In this document: one piece after another, positions 13,733-26,097 of the stretch
How the letters are laid out: each line of letters starts with the position of its first letter
How positions within the stretch are numbered: the first letter of the stretch is position 1
Assembly: GCA_010093705.1 (NCBI GenBank)
Contig: MU006089.1
Coordinates: 1,242,455 to 1,306,454 of the forward strand
DNA from: Patellaria atrata CBS 101060
Lineage: Eukaryota
Reading direction: 5' to 3'
Length of the DNA stretch: 64,000 nt
Made by a program: the position numbers and the translations under genes
The notes under the pieces: model-generated
What the model saw: only the letters and a program-made list of their open reading frames with translations
The model's database searches: none
Told to the model about the DNA's origin: nothing

Positions 13733-15053
13733 ATTGGAATTGAGCAATTGACCAGGAATAGAACGAGTACGTAAATTGAGAAATTGAGATTTCAGGAATG
13801 CTTGTATAGGGAATTCTGAATTCTCAGGAGGGAAATAGAATCGGATCAGTTTCAAACTTTCAATCACAGAAACAACACAATTGACACATGAAAAAAGCTG
13901 TAAAGTGCGATCACCAGTTTTAAGCGGTCAAGTCTTGTTCGAAGCTGCAGCAATAGATAACGCCACAACCACCATATTCTCGAGGTTACCCCTTCCATCT
14001 TGCGTTAAATGCAGAGATGAAGTCGGCAGAGTCGGGGCCCCGAAAGCCACCACGTACAGCCGGACATGCTAAGGAAAAGAGAAAAGCCTCGACGGTAGGG
14101 GAGTACAGTAGTGGCATGGTGCAACTTCCAGAGTCGCGAGGCATTCTGGGTCTGGGATGCAGAAACCATGGCCAGTTTGGGTCGTTAAATTTCTGAACAA
14201 AAGCATTATGGAGAGAGGTCGTCGGCTTCGGGCCTTCCACATGATGTTGGCGGATCGTACAGGACTTATGCAAGTCTAAGGTGCAACTCTTAATAATTAT
14301 GCATACTGTCTGCAAGTGGCACAGGTAGGCTGAAGTGTTGAGAAAGTAATCTGACTTTTAGTTCGGAATAGACGACCATATGGGAACATACGTAAAAGTA
14401 ATAGTTGGATTCATTAATCGATTGATTGATAGCATAATGCTTGCAGAACGTTATCGCTTACAAGATTAGGGAGAGAAAATACTGTTTTCGGGCTTTTCGT
14501 GAATCGGGGAGATAACATAGGGTGAAACCTCTCTCTAGGTATTCTCTTCATACTTGGGTTCTATGGATATTCAGAAACGCTTCTGACTATTGACTATAAT
14601 CAAGAGACTGTTCAAAAGTAGTATGGGGTTCTGATAATCTCGAATTCGAAAGACGATCTGCGGCGGCACCATAGATACTAGCTTGATGATTATCAGAGAC
14701 ACTGGGATACAAATTTGGTAATACAGTTGAGGAGACAGAAAATTCTAAGATATTGTTTAAGCGCCTAGCTTCATACGACTTGATTGGATCAAATGTTTAC
14801 TGTGTAGGGGGGATAGACTCTTCTCCCTCTTGTGCTGTTTGTGCCATTTGCATCGCCTAAGGGGCCCTTCTCGTCTCATTGACCTCACTGGCCGGACGAC
14901 ATCGTCACACGCAAGTCTGCTGTTGCCTGAAGCCTAGCCGTCACTCAGTCATAGTTCTACATGATGAAAGCTTCTGTTTCTTCTCTCATTACGTTTTTTT
15001 CTGAGCGTACGGTACTTGTACACCTGGGGACCAACATACTCCCTTGAATTGCA

Positions 15054-15875
15054 ATGGCAGACCCTACTCCCAAATCCCCGAGGGAATCGATAGCTGACTA
15101 TCCTGACTATCCAAACAAGAGGAAACATTTTATCCCTCTAGGTATGATACATCAAACTAGCTCATAGGTCTTCTCTAACTCATCAATAGAGAATAACCCT
15201 GAAGTTTTCTCTCATCTGATCCAATGCCTTGGGATTTCCCCCTCTCTCGGTTTTCACGACATCTACTCCATTGACGATCCCTCACTACTATCTTTCATAC
15301 CTCGTCCTGCTTACGCGCTGCTCTTTATCTGTCCCTCTGAAGTCTACTATCGCGCCCGTGCCAACGAACCTCAGTTCCCCGACTATAACGGATCCGGCTC
15401 CGATGAACCAGTAGTATGGTACAAGCAGACGATTGGTAACGCATGTGGTCTCATAGGCCTGTTACACGGTATCAGCAACGGAAAAGCCCGCAATTTCATC
15501 ACTCCTGGCTCAGATATAGATACTCTGATCAAAGATGCTATTTTGTTAAAGCCACAGCCGCGAGCAGATTTACTTTACAACTCGTCCACCCTTGAGAGTG
15601 CTCATGCATCTGCAGCTGTCAGGGGTGACACTGTAGCACCAGACGCCGAACCTTCTCCGGAATTGCATTATATCTGCTTCGCCAAAGGAGCAGACGGCCA
15701 TTTGTATGAATTGGAGGGTGGCTGGAACGGCCCGATCGACCGTGGACAGCTGGAGGAGCATGAGGATATGCTGAGTGAACGGGCACTGAGTTTGGGAGTC
15801 AAGTTGTTGATGGAGAAGGCAGGTGGTAATCTAAACTTTAGCTGTGTAGCGTTGGCTCCGAGTTTCGACTCATGA
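15054..15875 (+). CDS. Ubiquitin C-terminal hydrolase (peptidase C12, YUH1/UCH-L3-like)
   Basis: Exons 15054-15141 and 15190-15875. Motifs FIPLENNPEVF, KQTIGNACG (catalytic Cys), ELHYICF (His) and LYELEG (canonical LYELDG). Confidence 0.93.
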
Positions 15876-17849
15876 GCATCAAGATGCCCATATAGCCTCA
15901 AGTACTCATGCTAAGATGTATGGAGACATCTGAATAAGGTCAGGTTCTTACACTTCCGTTTCCGTTTCATTCGCATCTGAGAATGAGTTCATTGGTAAGT
16001 TCTATGTGAGAGTTTAAGGTATGTCGCATCGCCTAGTAGGTCTTAGGAAGGGCTCCATCCCTATCAGAGTCTTTATTCTCGTCCTCAGTTAGCAACACAA
16101 TAGTAATCAAAACTAATTTTGCTTACTCGGCCCTTCGTCTCATTTGTTGATATGCTTCGTCTCTGAATTCGAATATACTCCTTGTTATCACACAGTTCTT
16201 GACTCAATCGGATAATCACTTGTTCACCAGCAAGATTCATCGAATTTGCCCTATTTTCTTCCATTGCGTATCTTTAAACGTTATATCTGAGCAATGAACT
16301 CTTCCCATTGTGTTCGTCTTCAGTGTACCTCTAACTTCACTAAGGAATCATCTCATTTTTCGCTCGAGTCGGTGCTCCCCTCGATGTGTAGGTGTAAAAT
16401 CATCGAAAGACGTAAGATATAGAAGTAGAGGATAAAAGAACCGGTTGCGCGAAACAATTAGGAATGCGAGCGATAGTCCGACTGATGTTCGTATGGTGTA
16501 GAACGTTGGAGGAGGTAAAGCGAAAACGGCATCCAAATCGCTGCCTTGCTTGCAACGAGTATGGCAAGCGCTACTTCCGTATCGAAACATACTCAGGGTT
16601 GTAATGAGTGTATGGAACTCGTACTTTACCGCGGCCTTGACGTCTGGTAGGATACGTTCTAATGTTACATTGTGCCACCCCCCATTTCCTGTACGCTGTG
16701 CTTACCCACGAGTAGGCGCGATGCTCGGATACGTTTTCGACCTCCAATTCTGCGCCGGTCGCGTATAAAGCTGCTCGTATGCTACTCCTGCTGCTGCTGT
16801 AATCATATTGACCCGTTCTACCCATGAGTTGGATCCCACCGTGGACATACCCGATACTCGAACTTTCGGTTTGGGTATCGCAATCACCTATATAACGGCT
16901 TCGTAACTATATAGCTATCCAGATGGAATTCGATGGCTATTGCTTGTCCCTCTTCTCTGTTTTATTAGCTCTTAGTATTCTCTTCAACTTTCCTGTTCAA
17001 GGTAAACACGGATTGTGCAGAAACATTTCAGAATGATGGCCCTCTGCGCATCTCATAACATTTCAGCAGCACATTGGCCAGGTCATTGAGCTCTTTAAAT
17101 GGACTCAAGTTCATATTCACTTATCATCGCTCTCTTTGTTTGTGATCTTTACGTGTGGGGTGACGGTTAATACTTTCTTTTGTGGGTTGTAACAAAGTAG
17201 ATGCTTGTCGCGATATATGAATGTCTAGACCTCTTTGAACATGAGAAAGAGCGGCCACTCATCTCTAGCGGTTCGATTCCATTTTTTTCGCCTAAATACT
17301 CTATTGCAATATGTGGCCAGATTCCCAGGCCGCGTGAGTTGATTGTTCATCGCCAGTGCGGAGGTTCCCGAGTCCACTGTGATGGTCTCTTCTCTGAGAG
17401 CCTTGAGCCAACGGAAGGCACCTGGGACTGCGTTCATACGGAATTTATTGCGTCTAGAGGTTACTTTTTGGGGCAGGTCGTATCAACTTGTTAATTTCTA
17501 GGCACCGAAACACGAGAGAAAATCGGAAACGGGATCCAACAAGATCGGAGGCTCCGGAGCTCCTTCGAGAGTCGAGACACTTGATACCTGACTATTCTCT
17601 GATGTCTGCAGTCGGCCCGCTCGCTCTACTCCTAGATCCTCCCCGATGATAGGCCGAACACGTTATAGGGAATAGCTGACAATCGCCGCGGGGGGGGAGC
17701 TCCGGATCTATCCCGTATGTTGCTCCCGCCCTGCCCTCCGCCCTCGATTCCTTTCGCTCCCTAGCCGCAAGCCAGACCTTCTCTACCGCCACTTTTAATC
17801 CATCAGTCGAGTATACATTGGAGATTTTCTACGGTATTTCAAAATTACT

Positions 17850-20150
17850 CTTTTAAATCACCCTGTGGCTAGTATCCAGTTCTCTAAGTAAGTGAACCTT
17901 TCTTCCTACCGTGTTCCTTCCACATCCCCTCGGCCTACCAAGCGCCGATGACGTCCTACCAAGCTCCCAAAGGAATTATCACTTCAGGAAATCCTGCTCA
18001 TTGTTCCTCTTTACCTTATCCATACCCTTTTACTCCCGTCAGCCCGTGTGCTTACCGATGAAAATGCGCAGAAACTTACAGATATCTGATACTTTTACTA
18101 ATTAACCTTTGGAATTAGTATTAACCATTCTCGACTATTTCACCCTTCATCGTACCTCCCAACCCTCATTTTCTCTAAGCCATGCTGCGGGCAATTGGGG
18201 CATGTCGGCGCCCATGAAAATGTTCTCCGAAAGATCTTTCATAACATTCAGTGCGACTGTGGGATATCTCCCGGTATAATACTCTTTATACTCATCTCAA
18301 TTCGGCCCTTGTGGTTCCTATGACGTTCAACGAATCTATCCTCTACTCTTTAGGTCAGTCCCAAATTGCGGTTATACCCTCAGCGTCTTTCCTCCTTTGG
18401 TCTATAGAGGCCCAAAGAACACATTCAACAAAGGTTCAATAACTTACCTATTTCGACATCCTTTGACGGCCCGGTTCTAATCTATCTCATTCCCTACACC
18501 CAACCAGCGTTTTCTCCGGACGGTCTAGCCTCGAAGACCTAAGATACCAACCTACCATCAAGGTTACTATTTTAAGGAAATAGAAACGGCTATTTGGTAT
18601 TCAATATCCACTCTAGGTCTTATTCGGGTCGAACGGTTCGAAAATAATTTTAAACATCCTCTCTATCCTTCTTTCAGCTCATAGTCCCACCTATAATCTT
18701 TAGTCATTATTCTATCCATATTGACTATAGGAGAGATGTCTTACGTAGTCTAACAACATATATAATTCTCAATGACGGGATCACCCCTTCATAGCATGAA
18801 TTCCTACCTTTGCTCCTCCTTATCGCGTTACAGTGGTTCTTCTTCGGCCGGCGTGGCGCCTAGACGTTCCAAGAACTCCAGAATCTGGTCAAATCCCTAC
18901 GCCTTCTGATCATCTTGTAACGATCCCTTCATACGAATCCCTCCTCGCGACTCTTTCCCTCGGACCAGATAGTAGCGGAGATGTTCTACGACATACTAAA
19001 TCATTTCCCGTTTGGTGATCCTGCTATAGTGGTTCATCGGTTCCTGCATGTCACATGTATCCCCAGTACTCCCCTTCTATCGGTCAATGAATGTCGAAAG
19101 CCGTTCGTCAAAACGCGGTATTCTATTTACCCTTTTGGTAACTAATTATTTTAGGCAGTCAATCTCATGATGTCTCCACCACCTCGAGCACTTTCAATGG
19201 CAATGAAATTCGAGTTTTACCCCTTTCGCTCTCCGTGGTCCTAGATTATCGTTCTTAATGCGTGACTTATACCTTCACACGTCGCTCTCCTCCACTAATG
19301 TGGTTTTATATTCCTAACGGAATCTAACTTATTACACCCTTTACAACACTTTGTGGCGGTGTTTAGATATTCTTGGTGCGGTCGCATTACCTCTATATTT
19401 TCAATAACCAAGCGAACTCTGTTCCCAGAACAATAGTCCTCTCCACAAACCGTCTCACCTCCGTAAACCTTCTGGAGGCTCATGATAGAGTTTTGTGTTT
19501 TTGTCGCATCCGACCAATCCTCCTACTTCCCTACCAGTAAAGAATGAGAAAACTAGGTCACCCTCTATAGGTAGGATCGTTATGATATATTGCGGCTCTT
19601 AGTGTCCGCCCTTGCCTCGTAGTCCCGGCAACCACTTTCACCCCTCCGGCTAAGATACCTTAAAGACGTCCTACAAGAAAAGAATTTTTTTCAATCCATT
19701 ACTTGTAAAGGATACTCGGGTTTCTATTTAACTTATTTCGTTCGCAGGTCTCGATCTTACTCCTTTGACCCTACCCCTATCGACCCTACTCTTATCGACC
19801 CTACTCCTACTAAACCTTCTCCTCCTACCGAACCCTCTCCTATCGATTTTTCTCCTATCAAACGTCCTTATATCGACGGTGTCCAATCTACCCTACTCCT
19901 ATCGGCACCGCACCTCTCGATCCTACTCCTATCAACCCCTTTTATCAATAACTCCGCACTCAATAGTTAATTACCCCTATTCAGACAACGCCTCGTTTAT
20001 AAGACTCTTTAGTACTATTCTACCCCTCTATTATCCGAATACTAGGAATTCTAGTATTTACATTGAGTAATCCCGTGCGACCAAATTTCATAATCGCGTT
20101 GATTTTAAAAGAGGTTTTTACCAGCGGAAGTATTCTTAAGGTAAAACTGC
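17850..20150 (-). other. Decayed, RIP-like formerly coding or repeat sequence (boundaries approximate)
   Basis: Purine-rich minus strand with many TAG/TAA/TGA codons that read as Q/R if reverted C>T, and an apparent TpA excess. No family was recognised. Confidence 0.35.
19768..19940. repeat. Degenerate ~15-nt tandem repeat (GACCCTACTCCTATC-like)
   Basis: Repeated ctactcctatcga-like units. The minus strand reads cga tag gag tag gat, compatible with a mutated R-Q-E-Q-D coding repeat. Confidence 0.6.
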
Positions 20151-20159
20151 GTTATCTTA

Positions 20160-20439
20160 TGTCAAGGCTCAACCTCAGATGAGAGCTGAAAGGTATATTG
20201 CTGTATGTACATGAAGCTTAAACTTAAGGAAAGAAAGTAAAAGAGAGTATCAGAACAGCGTGAGCTGTTCTATTAAAGTACAACATGACTAAGCTACTGG
20301 ATCATGCATGGAGCTTAAACTTAAGGAAAGAATGTAAGAGAAAGTGCCAGAACAACGTAAGTTGTTCTATTTAAGTATAGCATAGCTAAGCCGCTGGATC
20401 ATCCAAGGCACTTATACCTATCGGGTCTAACCCGTGACA
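20160..20439. mobile_element. Solo LTR (280 bp) of an LTR retrotransposon
   Basis: Begins TGTCA (20160) and ends TGACA (20439). Flanked by an exact 5-bp TSD TCTTA (20155-20159, 20440-20444). Contains an internal ~97-bp direct repeat. Confidence 0.85.
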
Positions 20440-21654
20440 TCTTACCTATAAAATTAGAATATTAATTAATAATATTAAGCGCTACCTTTATATAATATAG
20501 GTTAATAGTAAGTTACAAACTATTCATCCTCGCGTTAGGCTACTATTGGTTAGGAAAACTGCTAAGGAGTGATAATAATGAACGGCGAGCATCGTCCTAG
20601 GTTATAACAGCAACTTCCATAACCTCCATTTCCCTATACTTTATCTCCACGCGACGTCTACCTATGACGACTCCGTAAGTGTAACATACAATCTCACTTG
20701 TGCAAATATCACCATTCGATCTCAGCTAATACAACCTCGAATGGAGTAAGTTTTAATCGGATCCAGCCGCCTTTAAGCAGAACTTCTACCAATCCCCTAC
20801 CGATTTCAGCGCATTCCACAATTTTATCCCCTTCTATAGTTCCCCTCGGGCTGTTATCGTAATGTGCTCTACAACGTGCATGCTCCTACAAATATAACAC
20901 AAAGCTACAATACTGGGGCAAAGGGCACGGAGGTGTGATTTTTGCGGGTTAGGGGTTTTTATTACGGGCTGGCACCGTGAGGATAAGAGGAAGCGCCGCC
21001 ATTAGTTCCTGTGAAATAATGTGAAAGACTTACTTGCGGGACAGAGAGAAAGGGGTGTTGCAAATGGTTTGTGTTGATGGCCGTGCAATTGATCGCAATC
21101 AGATAGGCGAGTAATCCTCAAACCAGAGCAAAGGATCCTGCACAGTGTAAAATCAAATTCGAGGTAGCTAAGGAAATAATCAATAGCTGATATGGGGAAA
21201 GCTGCGGAAACTGATCAATTTTGTAAGCAACGAGACGGATGGACTATTTTCAATCTCAGCAGAAAGTCGATCTCAAGTGGGCGAGTAATCTCAAGCCAGA
21301 GATAGGCTTACAAAGTAAGTATCCGAAACTCCTTGTCAATGCTCTATGAGCGCCTCCATGATAAACACCACTAGAGCAACATAATCCGTCAATCTGACCA
21401 ATAACTTTCCACTCATGATTGAAAGTCCCGTCGACGTGGTCAAGCAATCTTCCTACCCAACAGGCCATATAACGCAATCGACAAACACACCAAAGAAAAT
21501 GAACAGCCGCCTTGATAACTTTTGGGGAGTAGTTTGCATCCACCGACAGCAAGAATCGTAAAGACCCTAAACCACAATTAGTATCCATTCTATTAACGAC
21601 ATTCAGGGGAACATGCAATGACTGGTCTTCAACAATCGAATCCACCACCTGTTT

Positions 21655-22599
21655 CTAGTGAAAGTATGGTCGATAATTAGGATCCAATCCGTCGATGAAT
21701 TCTGAGGGCGCGTAGGGGAAAGGAAGCACATTTTCGTGCCATTCTGAAACCGAGGGAATCAGGTCGGCGAATTGCGGGAGGAAAGCGAACTGCAGCTGGC
21801 GGATGGGCATAGGGTGCAGGATTAGCGGCGTAGACTGCCGCACTGCGGGATCCTGAGAAATTTGCGTGTATTCCGCTGGAAAGATACTCAGCACTGAATA
21901 AGGAGGCGCGGGGCCTCGTCTATGCTGAGGGATGGGGTACGTGGGGACGGGTGCTGCTTTGAGAACCTCATTTAGAGCTGGGGGAGGGGGAAGCTGGTAT
22001 TGAGGTAAGAGAACGCTCAAGAGCATCATCCCGGTCTGTAAGGCCTGTTCGTCAGTGAAGCCTGAGACGCGAATATAACCAGTTTTTGAGATCTGGGCCG
22101 TCATTCGCGGTTCCGGGATACGGAAGACGAGCTGGTGGTTCAGTTCAGGCTCGTAGGTAATATGTTCACGGTATGGTGATTGGTTGCGTAGTCTCTCCAG
22201 GTGAAGGTTGAGATGGGCCTCACTCACAGCAGTCATATTGGAGACTCTGAAGTGTGTCAACTGTGTTCCGGGGCGGACCTTCTGGAGCATGGCAACGAAT
22301 TTATCGGCCGCTTTCTTGGCGTCATCGACGGTTCGCGTTCCTGTGATCAACATTGACATGCTCTTCCAGAAGATGATAGCGGAGGCGGCGGGGTTGCGAA
22401 CTCTGGCCGTTACGCTTGTTCCGCGGCGGGCACGATACTCAACATTGTCTCCGAATCGTGCCATGTCCTGTGGCGGTATGCAGACACTGTAGCCACAGTG
22501 GGCTTGAATGTTGACAATTTCCCACTCAAGGTCCAGAGGGACATTAGGCGGGTGTAGAGGGAAGTGAATGCGATTTCTGGGCACAGGTTGGGATGACAT
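21655..22599 (-). CDS. Divergent TATA-binding-protein-like factor (TBP paralogue), intronless, 314 aa with Pro-rich C-terminal extension
   Basis: Both TBP repeats are visible: IVNIQAH...NVEY...RVRNPAASAIIF...MLITGTRTVDDAKKAADKFVAMLQKV, and FRVSNMTA...LHLERL...YEPEL...LVFRIPEPRMTAQISKTGYIRVSG. First ATG at 22599. Confidence 0.88.
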   Translation of the reverse strand: MSSQPVPRNRIHFPLHPPNVPLDLEWEIVNIQAHCGYSVCIPPQDMARFGDNVEYRARRGTSVTARVRNPAASAIIFWKSMSMLITGTRTVDDAKKAADKFVAMLQKVRPGTQLTHFRVSNMTAVSEAHLNLHLERLRNQSPYREHITYEPELNHQLVFRIPEPRMTAQISKTGYIRVSGFTDEQALQTGMMLLSVLLPQYQLPPPPALNEVLKAAPVPTYPIPQHRRGPAPPYSVLSIFPAEYTQISQDPAVRQSTPLILHPMPIRQLQFAFLPQFADLIPSVSEWHENVLPFPYAPSEFIDGLDPNYRPYFH

Positions 22600-22745
22600 T
22601 ATGAGAGACAAGAAGTATGGTTGAACACAGCAGGGTGAATATGCGGTTACTCCACTGTAGGTTGAAAGTGTTGTAAATTTGGTAACTGTTGCAAGCACAA
22701 GATGGAGTGGGGTGTAAGAAAGATGGAGGGTTGGGGTTCTGAAGA

Positions 22746-22760
22746 CCTTTTTATACGCGT
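22746..22760 (-). promoter_or_regulatory. TATA box (TATAAAAAGG) abutting an ACGCGT (MCB-like) site upstream of the TBP-like gene
   Basis: Minus strand reads ACGCGTATAAAAAGG about 150 bp upstream of ATG 22599. Confidence 0.4.
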
Positions 22761-23686
22761 CGAGCCGACGACTCGATTCGCGAACGTGAATACAAATATT
22801 GACATTGTATCGGGCATGGACTGGCCCCTTAAGTTTACGTACAAATTTTACTTTCCACTACCTAACTCGTGAAGAAATGTTAAGTTGAGCCTTGGTAATT
22901 GATCAATAGCAAACGAGCTAGTTAAAAAAAAGTATGATAAACAAACAAAGGAATCCAACTCTCACGCTTTTCTAAATGTTCTGGGTCTCGTATTAGGATA
23001 GATGCTCAACTCCCACTCTCTCCCCAACAGAGAAATATGCTATATGCACAGTGATACTTTGAATATCCCTATGCTTGGTAAGAAGTTCCTCTCAGCATCT
23101 ATTGATGCAGGATCTGTGAAATTGAAAAGAGATAAGGGTTCCGAAATGTGCGGTTATTCTTCTCCATTTCACTCGCCAGATGCCCCTAGAACAGTATTGG
23201 AACCTTCTATTGGAGTCCTGTTGACCTGAAACCAGGAGGTCTGCACTTCTCTATCCGGGGGATTATAGTCTGGAAAAGTCTCTTGGATTTGACCAAGGTT
23301 TTCGCAGTTAAATTGCCTTATACAAACCCTATCCCCTTATCACGAGCGGAGTCCACTATGAAGTAAGACTTAAGTGAAAGAAAACCATTACTTTGATGAC
23401 TTACCCGCAAACACGGTATAATTCCGGGAAGTGGGCCACAATAGAATTGATGATCCAATATCCGGGATTCATACCAGCTCTACAGATTCAGCTGTTGGTT
23501 GTAGTTGTCTGTCTCTTACAACTGCTGTCGTTCTCCTCAATTCATACTACTAGAGCCAAACTTTCTCACCTTCTAGTGGTATATTCTACCTTTGCCTTGG
23601 AACCAGATCTGCAAGTGCTGACTTCTGACCACCCGTAGAACAACAACGAATCTTGCGACAAATTTCTATACTTCCTTACATACTAG

Positions 23687-24471
23687 TTGCAGACCTTCAT
23701 ACACAAGAGAAAAAGAAACGAGGAAGACAACGAGCAACACCATAAGAAGACTCATACGAAACTAGAGAACGAACCTGCTCCCTCGGTGTTGGAAGACGAC
23801 GATACCATCTCCATTCCCCCAATCCCCGATACTCAAATCATGAGCGCTCAGGTTAGAGACGCTCATATCGTCGACTACCACGTTCCTAATGGTCAATTAT
23901 ACACTGAGTAACGTGTTAACGGTACGGGGGCGGAAATCACCCTCCCCGCCGAGGGGAAGAGGGAGGATCTTATGAACTTTCGGGATCCCGGACTCTTTGC
24001 CGGTCACTTCAATTCAGAGGTTTGTCTAATAACGTTAGCCCGTCATGCTGCGGTCACTGCTGGGAGTACAGACGCTGAGATATCTCATATCTTGGATATG
24101 AAAGAGAAGGGTGAGAAGGTAAAATGTTTTCTCACGTACCATATCCTTACTAATCCTTTTCAGTTTCTTGGTTAGGAAAGAGGATTGTCAAGTGGAATGT
24201 TACAGGAGCATGGGGCAATATGAATATGAGATGAGCTTATGCTTGGTTGCGAGGGAAATTACATACAACTTGATCAAGTCATACAATGCAAAAGAATTTA
24301 CCAGAAAAATATCCTTCTAAAAACCACCATATGTCATTTAAGCTCCTTATGGAGCCAGATGTTGCGAGCGATGAAGTTATCGAAAATGTGATTGTTCAAA
24401 TAAGCATTGCCCCAGCCGTTACACCACACTTTAGCCGACAGGACTACAAATTTGATCTACCCATGGTATGA
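23687..24471 (+). pseudogene. Disrupted hypothetical gene
   Basis: ORFs 23687-23911 and 23972-24175 share a frame and are separated by a single TAA. An intron-like GTAAAA...CAG lies at ~24119-24163, with more stops downstream. NLS-like KRKR near the start. Confidence 0.35.
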
Positions 24472-25165
24472 TACGAACGACACAAATACGCTAGGACTAT
24501 CACATTAAATAGTGAGAACTTTAATGGAACAGTAATAAAATGATATTGTATACCGTCCCGCACGTAGAATCAGTACGATGAGGATTTCTCCTATCTTTTT
24601 AACTTTCAACACAATAGGGCCGTTTACTCCGTTTCTTTTAGGACATACACCAGTGTAGATTCAACCATATTTTTCAGATTGGGGGGAATATTTTTACCAG
24701 TGCAAAACGCATTCTCTTTACCTATAGACCAAACCACACTGGATGGGTTTTGTATTGTGATTTACTCCCACGTCTCGTAAGTACACTACTGGGGATATTT
24801 GCGCAGAGATAGCTTGAGGGACGAGTCTACAGTATCCACTGATGGTAAACGCAATCATAAGGTTGATACTTCTATGATCAGCGGTAAGTGATTGAGGGAA
24901 GGACGCCGGAAGCCCGGAGGGAAGATCCTTTAAGTGCCTTGTTGAATATCGATATCGAGAGGGATTACATAGAAAAGCGCAACTCATCAAAATAGTTCTA
25001 TAAGGAACATTTCAATGGAGTTATATGATTAAAAAATAAGATAAAATAAAACTTACCATGCTATGCGTCTGAAGAGTCGTCAATAGGACCCGATTCTGGT
25101 TTCTAGTGATTGGTAGAGTAACATTACAACAAAATAGAAAACGAGATCAAAAACGGCAAAATAAT

Positions 25166-25281
25166 TGGACGGCGAGGGACTCGAACCTTAATTTCCGCCG
25201 ATACACTATGGTACAGGACAGTATATTACACAGTCCAGCTGTATAGTACACGGTGGCGTCTTACCATTAGACTAACCGCCC
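25166..25281 (-). tRNA. Atypical intron-containing tRNA or tRNA pseudogene (Ala-type acceptor stem, apparent GTA anticodon)
   Basis: GGGCGGT-TA-GTCT-AATGGTA-AGAC-G-CCACC-GT-GTA-C-[~45-nt intron 25245-25201]-C-GGCGG-AAAT-TAAGG-TTCGAGT-CCCTC-GCCGTCC-A, followed by T-runs. A and B boxes are present. The anticodon and T stems have mismatches. Confidence 0.75.
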
Positions 25282-25768
25282 CGATTGTTGCAGACCTAGC
25301 ACCTCTAAAGCGCTTTTACTCGCTTTCCCTGCATCGGAAACTGGTTTGCAAGTTTAGCATTTTGTTCAAGCGAACAGGAGACTTAACGAATTTTCAAGGG
25401 GGTTGGGAAAGGGGGTGTGGTTGAGATGTGTGGGTGGGTAGCTTCGGCGAGCTCCCGAATTTGCATGTGCAGAAAACAAACGGCACCGAAATCCTCACCT
25501 CACCACTCCGTGACTTAACAATATAACAAAAACCACACTCAATAGATTTGTTTCAACCACTTTTAGAGAATGAAGCGACGCAATCTTTTTTATCGAAATC
25601 GGAATAGAGACTGAGTGGCAAGCGATCAATGACAGACCGATGAAAGGAATAGAACCTACATTATTAGGACCACAGTTTCGACCGCAGCGAAGATCGCCCT
25701 CCTTACTCTTTTGGACCAGTCCAAGATTCAGCGATTTGATCATCCCCACGTGAACAATGTAACGCGAT

Positions 25769-25841
25769 CCCAGAACGCAATCCCAGAACGCAACTCCTAG
25801 AACGCACTCCGATAACGTACTCCCAGAACGCAATCCTCGAA
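25769..25841. repeat. ~13-nt tandem repeat (TCCCAGAACGCAA-like, about 5 copies)
   Basis: tcccagaacgcaa tcccagaacgcaac tcctagaacgcac tccgataacgtac tcccagaacgcaa. Confidence 0.8.
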
Positions 25842-26097
25842 CACCATCATCGACACGATAACACAGATCTCTCGCGACTATGGCCGACAGGAGGATGAAA
25901 CATATCTAACAGACCAGAATAGCTACTCTGTCAGTATCCCCAAGGGCGAAACCTCGACTACTTCTATCTCCCGGACACAGGCATAGCTCATCCCCTGCGT
26001 TACATCTATGGAAGATCAGGAGGGTATAGAGCGCGCAATATTTCCTACACACGCGTAAAGAATTAGCCATATCCGGATCCGGTGATTCACTCTATAT

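Noticed and set aside
20211..20402. Direct repeats resembling a CRISPR-like array
   Set aside because: Only two adjacent ~97-bp units with no spacers, inside a solo LTR in a eukaryote.
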